The notes: generated by a model from the letters alone, not told the origin. 64,000 nt of DNA from Gammaproteobacteria bacterium (GCA_965277405.1 OZ255726.1:544001-608000); one strand, 5' to 3'. Counted from the first letter of the stretch, positions 8,899-20,371 are shown. Program-made: numbers and translations.

Positions 8899-10655
8899 AA
8901 AAAATTGGAGTGACTGAGCTGGTACTCCGCGATGGGCATCAGTCATTGTTAGCAACGCGCCTTAAACTTGAAGATATGCTGCCGATTGCAGCACAACTTG
9001 ATGAGGTAGGATATTGGTCAATTGAATCATGGGGAGGCGCAACATTTGATGCGTGCATTCGCTTTTTACATGAAGATCCGTGGGAACGTTTGCGCTTGTT
9101 AAAGCAAGCAATGCCTAAAACACCACAGCAAATGCTGTTGCGTGGTCAGAACTTATTGGGGTATCGCCATTATGCCGATGATGTCGTCGATGCATTTGTA
9201 GCGCGCGCTGCTGAAGTTGGCGTCGACGTGTTTAGAATTTTTGATGCGTTGAATGACCCCAGAAATTTACAGCAGGCAATTACCGCAGTAAAACGCTGTA
9301 ATAAGCATGCGCAGGCAACCTTAAGCTATACCACTAGTCCCAACCATACTGAGCAGACATGGGTCGATTTCGCGCAACAATGTGCCGAGCTAGGGGCTGA
9401 TTCCTTGGCAATTAAAGATATGTCTGGTCTATTGCTACCAAACCAAACATATACATTAGTCAAGGCGCTCAAAGCGGCCACAGCGCTACCCATTCATATC
9501 CACAGCCATGCCACCACAGGATTGTCTACAGCAGCGATATTAAAGGCGATTGAAGCAGGAGCGGATGTTGTCGATGCGGCGATTTCTCCATTTAGCCAGA
9601 CGTATTCACATAGCGCTACAGAAACAATCGTGGCAATGCTTGAAGGCAGTGAGTTCACCACAGATATTGATTTGCAACAACTAGAACCAATTGCTGCATA
9701 TTTTCGAGCTGTACGCCATAAATACAGCGAGTTTGAAGGGTCATTACAGGGGATTGACGCACGTATTCTAACGGCACAAGTGCCTGGTGGAATGTTGACA
9801 AACTTAGAAAGTCAACTCAAAGAACAGCAGGCGAGCGACAAGTTTGACCAAATACTTGCCGAAATACCATTGGTGCGTGCCGACCTTGGGTATATTCCAT
9901 TGGTAACACCAACCTCGCAAATTGTCGGTACCCAAGCGCTATTAAATGTATTGTCAGAAAAACGCTATGAACGCATTTCCCGCGAAACAGAAGCGTTAGT
10001 GCGTGGAGAATATGGCCTGCTGCCTGCACCTGTAGCTGCAGAATTACAACAAACAGTGCTTGGTGATGCACAACCAATCACCCATAGACCAGCTGATGAC
10101 CTAGCAAGTGAATTTCACATATTACAAGATACTTTGGCAGCGTTAGCAGTAGCACAAGGTTTTGCTATTGAAAATATCGCCGCAGACACATTGACATATG
10201 CGCTGTTTCCACAAGTAGCTACGCAGTTTTTTAAACAACGTGGCCTGCCGCTTGCAGCTCAAGCCCTGCAACTGCAACGAGTTGCCGTACCCGATGCGCT
10301 CACACCTGCGGATGCTGGTCATTATCGGGTAACTGTTGCAGGCAAAGCGTTTAACGTTGTTGTCGAGTCGCAAAACCAGCAGGTAACCTCAGTAACTAAT
10401 GTGGCGGCAATTCAAGCGGCAATGCCAACAGTGGTCGCGGCTGGCAACGTTATCCAAGCCCCGCTTACAGGGCAGGTATTTAAGGTATTGGTTCGCCCAG
10501 GGCAGCGAGTTGAAAATGAAGAATCGCTGTTGATTTTAGAGGCGATGAAAATGGAAACGCCGATAAAAAGTACGCAGGCAGGGATGGTCCAGTCAGTATT
10601 TGTGCAAGCAGGCGATGCGGTACAAGTTGGCGATGCACTCGTCGAGATAGCGTAG
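8895..10655 (+). CDS. oadA: Na+-translocating oxaloacetate decarboxylase alpha subunit
   Basis: [26 protein letters not shown]-terminal biotin motif EAMKM. Confidence 0.95.
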   Translation: MKKIGVTELVLRDGHQSLLATRLKLEDMLPIAAQLDEVGYWSIESWGGATFDACIRFLHEDPWERLRLLKQAMPKTPQQMLLRGQNLLGYRHYADDVVDAFVARAAEVGVDVFRIFDALNDPRNLQQAITAVKRCNKHAQATLSYTTSPNHTEQTWVDFAQQCAELGADSLAIKDMSGLLLPNQTYTLVKALKAATALPIHIHSHATTGLSTAAILKAIEAGADVVDAAISPFSQTYSHSATETIVAMLEGSEFTTDIDLQQLEPIAAYFRAVRHKYSEFEGSLQGIDARILTAQVPGGMLTNLESQLKEQQASDKFDQILAEIPLVRADLGYIPLVTPTSQIVGTQALLNVLSEKRYERISRETEALVRGEYGLLPAPVAAELQQTVLGDAQPITHRPADDLASEFHILQDTLAALAVAQGFAIENIAADTLTYALFPQVATQFFKQRGLPLAAQALQLQRVAVPDALTPADAGHYRVTVAGKAFNVVVESQNQQVTSVTNVAAIQAAMPTVVAAGNVIQAPLTGQVFKVLVRPGQRVENEESLLILEAMKMETPIKSTQAGMVQSVFVQAGDAVQVGDALVEIA

Positions 10656-10657
10656 TT

Positions 10658-11800
10658 ATGGATGTCGCATTGCTACAACAACTTTGGTATAACACAGGTT
10701 TAGCCCACTTAACGCTCAATCAGTTGATTATGCTGATCTGTTGTTGCGGATTATTATACTTGGCTGTTGCGAAAGGCTTTGAACCATTGTTATTAGTACC
10801 AATTGCATTTTCTGGCTTGTTGAGCAACATCCCCAATACTGGTCTTGTTGATGAAGGAGGATTATTATATGTGCTGTATGATTTCGGCATTCACTCAGGC
10901 GTCTACCCGTTGTTAATTTTTATGGGAATAGGGGCAATGACAGATTTTGGGCCGCTGCTAGCTAGACCAACAACGCTGTTGCTTGGAGCAGCAGCACAAG
11001 TTGGTATATTTGCTACATTGATTGGTGCGATAGTATTGAGTCAATTTGGTTGGTTTGATTTTTCTATCCAACAAGCAGCGGCGATAGGCATTATTGGTGG
11101 TGCGGATGGGCCAACCGCGATATATTTAGCCAGTAAACTAGCGCCAGAATTGCTCGGTGCCATAGCAGTTGCTGCATATTCATATATGGCGTTGGTGCCG
11201 ATGATCCAGCCGCCAATAATGATGTTGCTAACTACAGCAAAAGAACGTAGCATCACCATGCAGCAGTTGCGTGAAGTGGGCAAGTTAGAGCGGATGCTGT
11301 TTCCATTAGTGCTATTATTGTTGGTCGCTGCACTATTACCAGCAGCAGCTCCATTATTAGGAATGTTTTGTTTTGGTAATTTTATGCGTGAATGTGGGGT
11401 GGTGCATCGCTTGTCTGATACCGTACAAAACGCATTCATTAATATTGTCACGGTGCTACTGGGGTTGTCGATTGGCACAAAACTACAAGCAGAGTTGTTT
11501 TTGAATGCAGAGACTTTAGCAATACTTGGACTAGGCGCGGTAGCGTTTTCAATTGGCACCGCTAGCGGGATTATAATGGCAAAAATTATAAATATTTTTA
11601 GCAAAGTCCCCGTGAATCCATTGATAGGTGCTGCTGGGGTTTCTGCGGTACCCATGGCAGCACGCGTTGTGAATACTGTTGGCATGAAGTCTAATCCGCA
11701 TAATTTTTTACTGATGCACGCGATGGGTCCGAATGTTGCTGGGGTGATTGGCTCTGCGGTTGCTGCTGGACTTATGTTTGAGTTATTGGGTCGGATATAA
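10658..11800 (+). CDS. oadB: Oxaloacetate decarboxylase beta subunit
   Basis: [42 protein letters not shown]. Confidence 0.95.
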   Translation: MDVALLQQLWYNTGLAHLTLNQLIMLICCCGLLYLAVAKGFEPLLLVPIAFSGLLSNIPNTGLVDEGGLLYVLYDFGIHSGVYPLLIFMGIGAMTDFGPLLARPTTLLLGAAAQVGIFATLIGAIVLSQFGWFDFSIQQAAAIGIIGGADGPTAIYLASKLAPELLGAIAVAAYSYMALVPMIQPPIMMLLTTAKERSITMQQLREVGKLERMLFPLVLLLLVAALLPAAAPLLGMFCFGNFMRECGVVHRLSDTVQNAFINIVTVLLGLSIGTKLQAELFLNAETLAILGLGAVAFSIGTASGIIMAKIINIFSKVPVNPLIGAAGVSAVPMAARVVNTVGMKSNPHNFLLMHAMGPNVAGVIGSAVAAGLMFELLGRI

Positions 11801-11847
11801 CCGATCATCGCCGCTATTTTTTATTTCATCAATTGCACAACACGCCA

Positions 11848-13191
11848 ATGATCAATATCAAAAAATATGCAACGTTATATTTGCATAAAGAAATTATATG
11901 GATATTTGTTAACGGCATAGCAAGTGGTTTTCCGTGGGTAGTTATTGGTTCTGTAATGACTTTATGGTTAAGAGAATCCGGGTATTCACGATCAGCAATT
12001 GGCTATTTCGGCTCAATATTTGCCGTATACGCGATAAATTTTATATGGGCGCCATTTGTCGATGCATTAAAAATCCCATGGTTGCATAATTTAGGGCAGC
12101 GCCGCTCGTGGATTATTGTCACCCAGCTGGTGATGTGTCTTGGTATTATTGGCTTGACGCAAGTCAACTTAGACCAGCAACTTATGTTTGCCAGCATATT
12201 TGCATTGGGTATTGCTATTGCCAGCGCTACGCAAGATATTGCAATTGACGCATATCGCATCGATATTTTAGCAATACGTGGCGCAGAGCTGCAAGCAGCT
12301 GGTGCGGCTGCTGCAACATCTGGTTGGTGGACCGGCTATACGTTGCTCGGCGCATTCGCGTTATTTGTTGCTGATATTGATGGGGTATCTTGGCAGCATA
12401 CATTATTGCTGCTGGCAGGGTTTGTGGTGATATTGATGTTTTTTACAATATATATTATACGTGAACCAGTTGTTGATCGCACGTTGACAACAATGCTCCA
12501 GCACCCCGACCAAGCAACAGTGCTGCAACGCTTTAGCGCATATATTTTAGCCGTTGTTGTTGCGCCCATCCGTGATTTTTTTCTACGTTACAAAACCCTA
12601 GCACTCGCGATTTTTGCATACATTCTGTTGTTTAAAATTGGCGAGGCATTTTTGGGGCGAATGTCATTAGTGTTCTATAGTGATATCGGCTTTAGCAAAA
12701 CAGAAATTGGCGCGTATTCAAAATTGATGACATGGTGGGTGACAATTATTGTTTCAATTGCTGCAGGAGGGCTGGTGGCGCACTTTGGTTTAGCCAGGGG
12801 GCTGCTTATTAGCGGGATAGCAATGGCTGCAACCAACCTGCTATTCGCGCTGATGGCAGTCGTAGGACCTGAAGCATGGGTGTTTATACTTACAGTGCTG
12901 CTCGATGGCATCACCTCTGCTTGTTCAACAGTGGCGTTTGTGGCGTTTATATCGTATTTAACCAGCACCAAGTTTTCAGCGACACAATATGCGTTAATGG
13001 CATCGCTTGGCAATCTGAGTAGAACGTTGCTTTCATCTACCAGTGGAGAATTAATTGACAGTTATTTGGGAGGCAGTTGGGTAATATTCTTTGTATTAAC
13101 AACAGTCATGGCGATACCTGGTTTAGTATTATTGGCGTATATCGCCAGTAAGCTTGGATTATGGGATAAACGGCAGCAACCACAGCAATGA
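11848..13191 (+). CDS. ampG: AmpG-family muropeptide MFS permease
   Basis: ASGFP, WAPFVD, GQRRSW, ATQDIAIDAYRI, FSATQYAL; start could be TTG 11833. Confidence 0.9.
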   Translation: MINIKKYATLYLHKEIIWIFVNGIASGFPWVVIGSVMTLWLRESGYSRSAIGYFGSIFAVYAINFIWAPFVDALKIPWLHNLGQRRSWIIVTQLVMCLGIIGLTQVNLDQQLMFASIFALGIAIASATQDIAIDAYRIDILAIRGAELQAAGAAAATSGWWTGYTLLGAFALFVADIDGVSWQHTLLLLAGFVVILMFFTIYIIREPVVDRTLTTMLQHPDQATVLQRFSAYILAVVVAPIRDFFLRYKTLALAIFAYILLFKIGEAFLGRMSLVFYSDIGFSKTEIGAYSKLMTWWVTIIVSIAAGGLVAHFGLARGLLISGIAMAATNLLFALMAVVGPEAWVFILTVLLDGITSACSTVAFVAFISYLTSTKFSATQYALMASLGNLSRTLLSSTSGELIDSYLGGSWVIFFVLTTVMAIPGLVLLAYIASKLGLWDKRQQPQQ

Positions 13192-13797
13192 ATGGCAAAT
13201 AATTGGTGGCAGACACACAAAAATGACCAGTATGTAAAAAAAGCGCAGTCAACAAAAGTGCGTTCGCGGGCTTGGTTCAAACTTGCAGCAATCGATAAAA
13301 AATACCAAGTTTTTACTCGGGGCTGCCGTGTTGTCGATCTCGGCGCAGCACCTGGGAGTTGGAGTGAATACGCCCGCAAGGCTATTGGTCACAATGGCAA
13401 AATATTTGCTGTTGACTTGTTGCCGATTCAGCCAATTGATGGTGTACATATTATCCAAGGTGACGTTAAGGATGTTGCGATACACAGTCAGTTGCGACAA
13501 TATATTGGGGGCGACAGCGATGTCATCATGAGTGATATTGCTCCGAATTTGACAGGGATTCAGGTAGGCGATCAACAGGCAATGCTCGAATTACTCGAAA
13601 ACATGCTGCTGATTACAGCAATCAACTTAGCGCCAAATGGTGTGTTTATTTGTAAACTATTGTATGGACATAGCTATGATGAATGCATCAAACTGCTGCA
13701 TCCACACTTTACCATGATACGGACGTTTAAGCCTGATGCCTCACGCGCGAAGTCTCGCGAAATTTATGTAGTGAGCAGCAAACCAAAACGCAGATGA
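13192..13797 (+). CDS. rlmE: 23S rRNA Um2552 methyltransferase
   Basis: RSRAWFKL, VVDLGAAPGSW, SDIAPN, KPDASR..SREIY. Confidence 0.93.
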   Translation: MANNWWQTHKNDQYVKKAQSTKVRSRAWFKLAAIDKKYQVFTRGCRVVDLGAAPGSWSEYARKAIGHNGKIFAVDLLPIQPIDGVHIIQGDVKDVAIHSQLRQYIGGDSDVIMSDIAPNLTGIQVGDQQAMLELLENMLLITAINLAPNGVFICKLLYGHSYDECIKLLHPHFTMIRTFKPDASRAKSREIYVVSSKPKRR

Positions 13798-14627
13798 TAC
13801 GTTGGCTACGCTGGTGCCTAGTTATGCCATTGTTGGTGATGGGAACAACAGCGGTTGCAGCACCAAAAGCAAAATTAATACAGTATTGGCAGACGCACAG
13901 TAATCAGACATTCGTCATTGATCATGTCCTGTGGCAAACATTTTTGCGCAAGTTTGTGGTTGATTCAGCCGACGGAGTGAACCGCGTTGCCTATGCCAGA
14001 GTAGAGCAAAGCGATAAATCGGCGCTGGCACGGTATATCAGGCTGTTGGCAGATACGGATCCGCATGATTTAAGGCGCCCAGAGCAATTGGCGTATTGGC
14101 TTAATTTTTATAATGCGTTGACGGTGGATTTGATTTTGGATAACTATCCAGTTGATTCGATTCGTGACATCGGTGGTGGCGTGTTCAGTCGTGGACCTTG
14201 GGATGATGATATTATTACCGTCAATGGCAGAATCTTAACATTGAATGATATAGAACATGGCATTCTGCGCCCAATTTGGCAGGACCCCAGAATTCATTAT
14301 GCCATAAACTGCGCGTCAATCGGCTGTCCAAATTTATTGCAACAAGCGTATACCGCCGATAATACAGAGCAATTGATGGACGCGGCGGCGCGACAATTTA
14401 TTAACCACCGCCGCGCGGTCAGTTTCATTAACAATCAATTGCAGCTATCGTCAATTTATGCTTGGTATGCAGTAGATTTTGGCAGCAGTATTGACAAGGT
14501 ATTGCAACACATCGATCAATACGCCGCGCCTAAACTCCATTGGCAATTGCAGCAATTGCAAATAGCGGATATTGATGCCGACTATGGCTACGATTGGTCG
14601 TTAAATGACCTTGATACACCGTATTAA
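13794..14627 (+). CDS. DUF547 domain secreted protein
   Basis: Signal peptide; AYWLNFYNA, TLNDIEHGILR, DPRIHYAINCASIGCP. Confidence 0.88.
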   Translation: MIRWLRWCLVMPLLVMGTTAVAAPKAKLIQYWQTHSNQTFVIDHVLWQTFLRKFVVDSADGVNRVAYARVEQSDKSALARYIRLLADTDPHDLRRPEQLAYWLNFYNALTVDLILDNYPVDSIRDIGGGVFSRGPWDDDIITVNGRILTLNDIEHGILRPIWQDPRIHYAINCASIGCPNLLQQAYTADNTEQLMDAAARQFINHRRAVSFINNQLQLSSIYAWYAVDFGSSIDKVLQHIDQYAAPKLHWQLQQLQIADIDADYGYDWSLNDLDTPY

Positions 14628-14638
14628 CTGGATAATCT

Positions 14639-15037
14639 ATGCAACAAATTACTCCACAATGGTTCGTTGCTGGGCAAATGAGCGCGGCAGATTTGGTAAC
14701 CGTCGCGGCACAAGGGTTTAGCACAGTAATAAACAACCGACCAGACGGTGAAATTGAAAATCAGCCCCTGAGTGCTGCATTAGCAAATATTGCAGCAGAG
14801 CTGGGCATGGATTATCACGCAATACCTGTTGTCGGTGGAGATTTTCCTCAACAAGCCATTCAGGCAACGCAAGCTGTGCTGGCGAAAAATCCAAAAAAAG
14901 TAATTGCATTTTGCCGCTCAGGAACCCGTTCTACGACGTTGTGGGCATTGAGCCAAAGCGCTGTAGATACAGACACCGCAATTAAACTTGCAGGGCAAGC
15001 TGGCTATGATTTGGCGCATTTGCGCGGCGTGTTGTAG
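14639..15037 (+). CDS. TIGR01244/DUF442 (Blh-like) sulfur transferase or phosphatase-like protein
   Basis: INNRPDGE, FCRSGTRS. Confidence 0.85.
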   Translation: MQQITPQWFVAGQMSAADLVTVAAQGFSTVINNRPDGEIENQPLSAALANIAAELGMDYHAIPVVGGDFPQQAIQATQAVLAKNPKKVIAFCRSGTRSTTLWALSQSAVDTDTAIKLAGQAGYDLAHLRGVL

Positions 15038-15105
15038 ATCTGTTGTATATTCCGCAGTATTAACGCCACGGCTGGCTCAAGTTTTTTGCATTGAGGAAAC
15101 TCTGC

Positions 15106-17631
15106 TTATTTAAAAATATCTTCAGGCTGGTCAAATACTTCTAAAATCTTTGCTGAGTTGTGCGCTGATGCGTCGCCATTTGTTGGTGCGCTAATAATAA
15201 TTTGCGTAGAAACTGGGGGCAGGTTATCGTCTCTAAAGATTTCGCTTACGGCATTTGGAAAGTTTTTTTGAACTTGTTCGCCTGTTTGCGGGTTGATAAA
15301 AACGCTGGTAATGTTGTGCGGTTGTTGTAAATACGCTGTTGGCAGATTATCGAGTTGCTTGATAAATTCAATCCACATTGGCATTGCCGCAGCAGCACCA
15401 TATTCTGATCGTCCCAGCGGTGTCGGCTGGTCGTAGCCAATCCAAGCAGACGTTACTATGAATGGATGGAGACCAGTAAACCATGCGTCTACTTGTTTAT
15501 TCGTCGTTCCTGTTTTGCCGCCTAGATCATCACGCTTTAAGATGGCTTTAGCTTGACGCGCCGTACCTTGCTGATAAATACCTTTGAGGATATCGTACAT
15601 AATATAACTGATGTCTTTTTTAATGATACGCTCGTTATCAGTAAAACAATCTGGCGCAACGTCTGCCGTTAAATAATCAGGTAATGGCAGCGCTAATTCA
15701 GGCGAATAATCGATATCACAGACAGTCTTTGGCTGGGCTTGATAAATAGTGTTACCGTCTTTATCGTTGATTTTAGCAATAATGAAGGGCTTGACTAAAA
15801 AGCCGGTATTGACAAAACTTGAAAAACTGCGTGCAATAGTCAGCGGTGTTGCTGATGCAGTACCAAGTGCTAAAGAAAGATCGGGCGGAATGTATTTTTT
15901 TTGTAAGCCAAAGCGCATTAAATAGCGTTGTGTTTGCTTGATATTTAGCTGTTGCAATAAACGTATCGACACAAGGTTGCGCGATTTATACAACGCTTTG
16001 CGCAGCATCGTCGGACCTAAAAAAGTAAGCGAGCTATTTTGTGGGCGCCACTGCGCATCTGCCTGGCTAAAATTATCGTTGAATAAAGGGGCGTCATCAA
16101 TAATTGAACCTGCAGAATAGCCACGGGTAAACGCGTATGAATACAACAACGGTTTGATGGTTGATCCAATTGTTCGCACTGATTGCTCGGCGCGATTAAA
16201 CGGGCTTTGCAAATAGTGAAAGCCACCAGTTTCAGCAAGGATTGCCCCGTTATTCGGGTTGAGTGCTACAAACGCTCCCTGCACTGCGGGAATTTGGCTG
16301 AGCTCCCATGTTCGTTGTTGTGTTGCAGTATCGATGACATAGCGAATGCGCACAAGATCGCCAATTTTAACGATTTCGTTGGCTGTTTTGAGTTTGGGTC
16401 CTCTGCTGTTGACAGTAATAAATTTTCGCGCCCATTTAAGTTGTGGCCATGCAATTGTCACAGTCGAGCGGTCGCGTAGCCGCAGCTCAATTGATTGATT
16501 GTGAACGGCAACGACTAATGCAGGCGGTAATTGGTTGCTGTAACTCAGCATATCTTCCATTTCTTCTAACACCGACTGAAGGACGTCTTCACTTACATCT
16601 GCGGTGATTTGAGGATAGTGTTTTTCTGCGCCGCGGTAGCCATGGCGGTTTTCATAATCGAGCAACCCTTTGATAATCGCAACTTGTGCAGCATTTTGAA
16701 CCGTGCTATTGACCGTGGTATATACGTGGTAGCCATTATTATATAGCTCTTCCTTACTAACACCGCCGGGTTGAATAAGATCACTATTCAACAATTCTAG
16801 CCGTGCTTTTTCAGAAACATATCCAGCAATTGTCTCGCGTTTAAACGCATATGGCTTGGCAGTAATTGGCTGAGAAACTGCCTCAGCATACGTAGTATCA
16901 TTGATGTGTTTGAGCGTTAACATGCGCTGTAAAATCCAGTCGCGCCGCTCTTTTGCGCGTTGCGGACGGGACTCTGGATTATATTTAGATGGGGCCTTAG
17001 GCAGCCCTGCAATCATTGCCATTTGGGCTATTGTAAGCTCGTTTAATGACCTGCCATAATATGTATCAGCTGCAGCAACGATTCCGTAGGAACGAAAGCC
17101 GAAAAATATTTTATTAATATAGAGTTCAAAAATTTGTTGTTTTGGTAGCTCCTGTTCAATTTTAAATGCGAGCAAAATTTCATTGAACTTGCGCGCAAGC
17201 GTGCGTTCACGGCTTAGATAGAAGTTGCGCGCAACTTGCATCGTAATAGTACTAGCACCAGTTTTTTTTTCGGCGTTGGTAATGTATTGATAGCCAGCTC
17301 GTAACAAACTAGGGAATGAAACACCCCAATGGTTAAAAAAATTGCGATCCTCAGCAGCAGTAAATGCAGCAACCATTAGTGGTGGAACATTCTCAAAAGT
17401 AACTGGGCTACGCTTTTGCTCTCCAATTTCAGCGATAAGCACTTCATCAGCAGTATAAATTTTAAGTGGTTGTCTCAACTCAATATCTGCCAACTCTGCG
17501 ACTGCTGGCAGTTGAATATACAAGTAGGTCACAAACGCAGGTACCACCAACACAGCTGCCAAAGTAAGCGCGATTGTGAACAAAATAAGTTGGAGCAATG
17601 TTTTTTGTTTAATAGTTCGTATTATTCCCAT
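15106..17631 (-). CDS. mrcA: Penicillin-binding protein 1A
   Basis: Transglycosylase motifs EDRNF and GASTITMQVARN; transpeptidase motifs STIK, SRN, KTGT; start set at MGII (17631). Confidence 0.95.
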   Translation of the reverse strand: MGIIRTIKQKTLLQLILFTIALTLAAVLVVPAFVTYLYIQLPAVAELADIELRQPLKIYTADEVLIAEIGEQKRSPVTFENVPPLMVAAFTAAEDRNFFNHWGVSFPSLLRAGYQYITNAEKKTGASTITMQVARNFYLSRERTLARKFNEILLAFKIEQELPKQQIFELYINKIFFGFRSYGIVAAADTYYGRSLNELTIAQMAMIAGLPKAPSKYNPESRPQRAKERRDWILQRMLTLKHINDTTYAEAVSQPITAKPYAFKRETIAGYVSEKARLELLNSDLIQPGGVSKEELYNNGYHVYTTVNSTVQNAAQVAIIKGLLDYENRHGYRGAEKHYPQITADVSEDVLQSVLEEMEDMLSYSNQLPPALVVAVHNQSIELRLRDRSTVTIAWPQLKWARKFITVNSRGPKLKTANEIVKIGDLVRIRYVIDTATQQRTWELSQIPAVQGAFVALNPNNGAILAETGGFHYLQSPFNRAEQSVRTIGSTIKPLLYSYAFTRGYSAGSIIDDAPLFNDNFSQADAQWRPQNSSLTFLGPTMLRKALYKSRNLVSIRLLQQLNIKQTQRYLMRFGLQKKYIPPDLSLALGTASATPLTIARSFSSFVNTGFLVKPFIIAKINDKDGNTIYQAQPKTVCDIDYSPELALPLPDYLTADVAPDCFTDNERIIKKDISYIMYDILKGIYQQGTARQAKAILKRDDLGGKTGTTNKQVDAWFTGLHPFIVTSAWIGYDQPTPLGRSEYGAAAAMPMWIEFIKQLDNLPTAYLQQPHNITSVFINPQTGEQVQKNFPNAVSEIFRDDNLPPVSTQIIISAPTNGDASAHNSAKILEVFDQPEDIFK

Positions 17632-17675
17632 GTGGGTTTTTATTGTTGGTAATAAAATAAGTTGTTGACAGCGAT

Positions 17676-18353
17676 GTGAATACTGCAACCACAAAACAGC
17701 CATTAGACTTTTGTCTCTGTTGTCGTAGCAAGGCAATAGTTTTTAAGAAAGTACCACAAATAACCATAACGAAGAAACCTTCGCTCACAAAAACAAAAAG
17801 ATACTTGGATATTAGCTGTATTGATATATGCCATGTTGCCGCACAAGATCACCCTAGCCGTCAATATATTATCAATGATGACTGTGTGTTTGCTGCTTGG
17901 TATCAGCTTGATAGCCCAAAACACAACAGACAATCGATAGGACGTATCCAACAGCGAGCAGCAGAACAGATTCATTCCTTAATACCAACAAAGGAGCCGT
18001 GTCTACAATGGCAGGCGCATGTATCTGGTACAAAAATTTTAATTGCAGGTGTTACTGAACCATGGGTGGAGCAATTGCTTGGCAACACAGCTATTGCCAA
18101 AAGAAGCGTGTGGCTGCCGCAATGGTACGCGATGCATCTCACAAATATTGACGGGATTGCATGGGGGCAGAGTGTGTTCTTATCTAAGCAACATCGCTGG
18201 GCTATTTATCATGCATCTACTTTGCATGAAAACAATAACATGCTGAAAATTGCTAGCAAGCACCCAATGCGTAATGGCTCTGTTGGCAATTATGAAAATG
18301 TCGAATATGTGTATACACGCTTGAACATCCAGCAATGCCTGCTCTCGATTTGA
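17676..18353 (+). CDS. Hypothetical protein, possibly a degenerate PilM/GspL-like protein
   Basis: 225-aa ORF divergent from mrcA (usual pilM position); ILIAGVTEPWVEQLL..WLPQWYA resembles PilM/GspL segments; true start uncertain. Confidence 0.4.
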   Translation: MNTATTKQPLDFCLCCRSKAIVFKKVPQITITKKPSLTKTKRYLDISCIDICHVAAQDHPSRQYIINDDCVFAAWYQLDSPKHNRQSIGRIQQRAAEQIHSLIPTKEPCLQWQAHVSGTKILIAGVTEPWVEQLLGNTAIAKRSVWLPQWYAMHLTNIDGIAWGQSVFLSKQHRWAIYHASTLHENNNMLKIASKHPMRNGSVGNYENVEYVYTRLNIQQCLLSI

Positions 18354-18370
18354 GAAGGCAGTAGATTTAA

Positions 18371-18681
18371 GCAGCCTCTGCTTAAGTCCATGATTGGCGA
18401 GACGGCGCAAAAACGCTGATGATAACTAGACGCAGTGCGCAGCTAACCCTGGTGGGTATTGTGGGTATTGTGGGTATTGCCAATGCTGCAAAGCCGTTAG
18501 CACCGTTTTTTCCCGTCCTTCTATTGAATATATGATGGTTTGCGGCAGCGGTACTTGCTGTGTTGCATCCTTTGGCGTATATGCTAGCTCATGAGCTCAG
18601 CGGTTTGCGTGCGGTTTGCACCTTGCAATCAGCAACAATTGCCAGCAAACTTGCTCCACCAGCGACTTCATCAAAGCTTCC
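18371..18681. mobile_element. IS5-family MITE (diverged copy, 311 bp)
   Basis: TIRs gcagcctctgcttaagtc / gacttcatcaaagcttcc; TTAA on both sides; internal gtgggtatt x3. Confidence 0.85.
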
Positions 18682-18826
18682 TTAACAATCACCTATAAAA
18701 TTGACACGACGTAGAAAATTATTGTAAAACGAAATGAAATAATGATGGTTTTATGCTTTCCTTGGTGATTGCTTGGCAAATTCATAATTATCTGCTCTAC
18801 TATAATTTTTATTGTTGGAATAAATA

Positions 18827-20089
18827 ATGAAACCAGAAACTATTGCCATTCATGGGGCGTTCAAAGGAGATCCGAGCACGCATGCAGTTGCCGTACCGTT
18901 ATACCAAACTACATCATACTTTTTCGATGATGCTCAACACGGTGCTGATTTATTTGATTTGAAAGTGCCAGGCAATATTTATACCAGAATCATGAACCCT
19001 ACTACGGATGTTCTTGAACAGCGTATCGCTGCTTTGGAGGGAGGTATTGCAGCTTTGGCATTTGCCTCTGGGATGGCGGCAATCACCGCGACGGTTGCGA
19101 CACTTGCAGAAGCAGGAGATAACATTATAAGTGTCAACCAGCTGTATGGCGGCACACAGAATTTTTTTGCGCATTCTTTAAGAAAAACTGGTGTTGAAAC
19201 ACGGTTTTTTGATGCTGATGCTCCAGAACAAATACATGCTTTAATTGATGAAAACACCAAGCTATTGTTTTGTGAGTCGATTGGAAACCCAGCCGGCAAC
19301 GTTGCTGATCTTGAGGCATTAGCGGCAATAGCACATACACACGGGATTCCTTTGGTTGTTGATAACACCGTGCCAACACCAGCGCTGTGCCAGCCTATTG
19401 CATTTGGTGCCGATATTGTCGTCCATTCACTCACCAAATACATTGGCGGTCATGGGACTTCTATTGGTGGGATGGTTGTGGATAGCGGTAAATTTGAGTG
19501 GGCAGGTAATCCACGGTTTGCAGCATTTAATGAGCCTGACCAATCGTATCATGGGGTAGTGTTTGTCGATGTCCTAGGTCCTGCGGCGTTTATTGGTAAA
19601 GCACGTGTTGGCGCATTACGCAGTAATGGGGGTGTTATTTCACCATTTAATTCATTCCTTATTCTGCAAGGGCTGGAAACGCTTACCTTGCGGATGGAAC
19701 GCCACGTCAGCAATGCACTACAGGTAGCTGAATATCTGAACACTCATCCACAAGTGAGTAAAGTAATATATGCTGGTTTGCAGCAAAGTCGCTATTATCA
19801 ACTCGCCGAAAAATATACTGGTGGCAATCCATCTGCCCTTGTAAGTTTTGAAGTAGCAGCTGGTGAAGATGCTGCCAAAGCGTTTATTGATAGACTTGAG
19901 CTGATTACCAGACTCGTCAATATTGGTGATGCAAAATCATTGGCATGTCATCCTGCCAGTACGACACATCGACAATTACAGCAAGATGAATTAGCGGCTG
20001 CAAACGTGAGCCACAATATGGTGCGGCTGTCGGTTGGCATTGAGCATATTGACGATATTATTAGTGATATTGAGCAAGCATTACAATAA
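18827..20089 (+). CDS. metY: O-acetylhomoserine aminocarboxypropyltransferase
   Basis: GNIYTRIMNPT, PLP motif HSLTKYIGGHG, NIGDAKSL..HPASTTH. Confidence 0.93.
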   Translation: MKPETIAIHGAFKGDPSTHAVAVPLYQTTSYFFDDAQHGADLFDLKVPGNIYTRIMNPTTDVLEQRIAALEGGIAALAFASGMAAITATVATLAEAGDNIISVNQLYGGTQNFFAHSLRKTGVETRFFDADAPEQIHALIDENTKLLFCESIGNPAGNVADLEALAAIAHTHGIPLVVDNTVPTPALCQPIAFGADIVVHSLTKYIGGHGTSIGGMVVDSGKFEWAGNPRFAAFNEPDQSYHGVVFVDVLGPAAFIGKARVGALRSNGGVISPFNSFLILQGLETLTLRMERHVSNALQVAEYLNTHPQVSKVIYAGLQQSRYYQLAEKYTGGNPSALVSFEVAAGEDAAKAFIDRLELITRLVNIGDAKSLACHPASTTHRQLQQDELAAANVSHNMVRLSVGIEHIDDIISDIEQALQ

Positions 20090-20099
20090 TCAAATTATG

Positions 20100-20211
20100 C
20101 ACCTTGCCGTAGCGACTAGCGGTATTTTTCAACCAATTTAGCAACCGTGCTCACAACGTGTACTCGATTGATTGCTAGGTCATGGTAGGAAAAATCGGTT
20201 ATGGCAAGGTG
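20100..20211. repeat. ~112-bp imperfect palindrome just downstream of metY
   Basis: caccttgcc...ggcaaggtg ends, with inner pairings tttttc/gaaaaa, acca/tggt and tagcaa/ttgcta. Confidence 0.65.
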
Positions 20212-20371
20212 ATGACTTAGACGTTGTGTAAGTTACTGAAATTATGTTGTAACCCATCTGCGGATAAATATGCAGGTATATGCAACATATGTGCCAACAA
20301 ACCAGCCGTTGTCGTTGGCGTTATGCCTGAACGCACCGCAACGAATATTCACACAACATGCTGATGTTTAG

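Noticed and set aside
18701-18730. Sigma70 promoter TTGACA-18-TAAAAC upstream of metY
   Set aside because: Plausible, but spacing and the -10 are suboptimal and a competing TATAAT lies at 18801. It cannot be assigned without TSS data.
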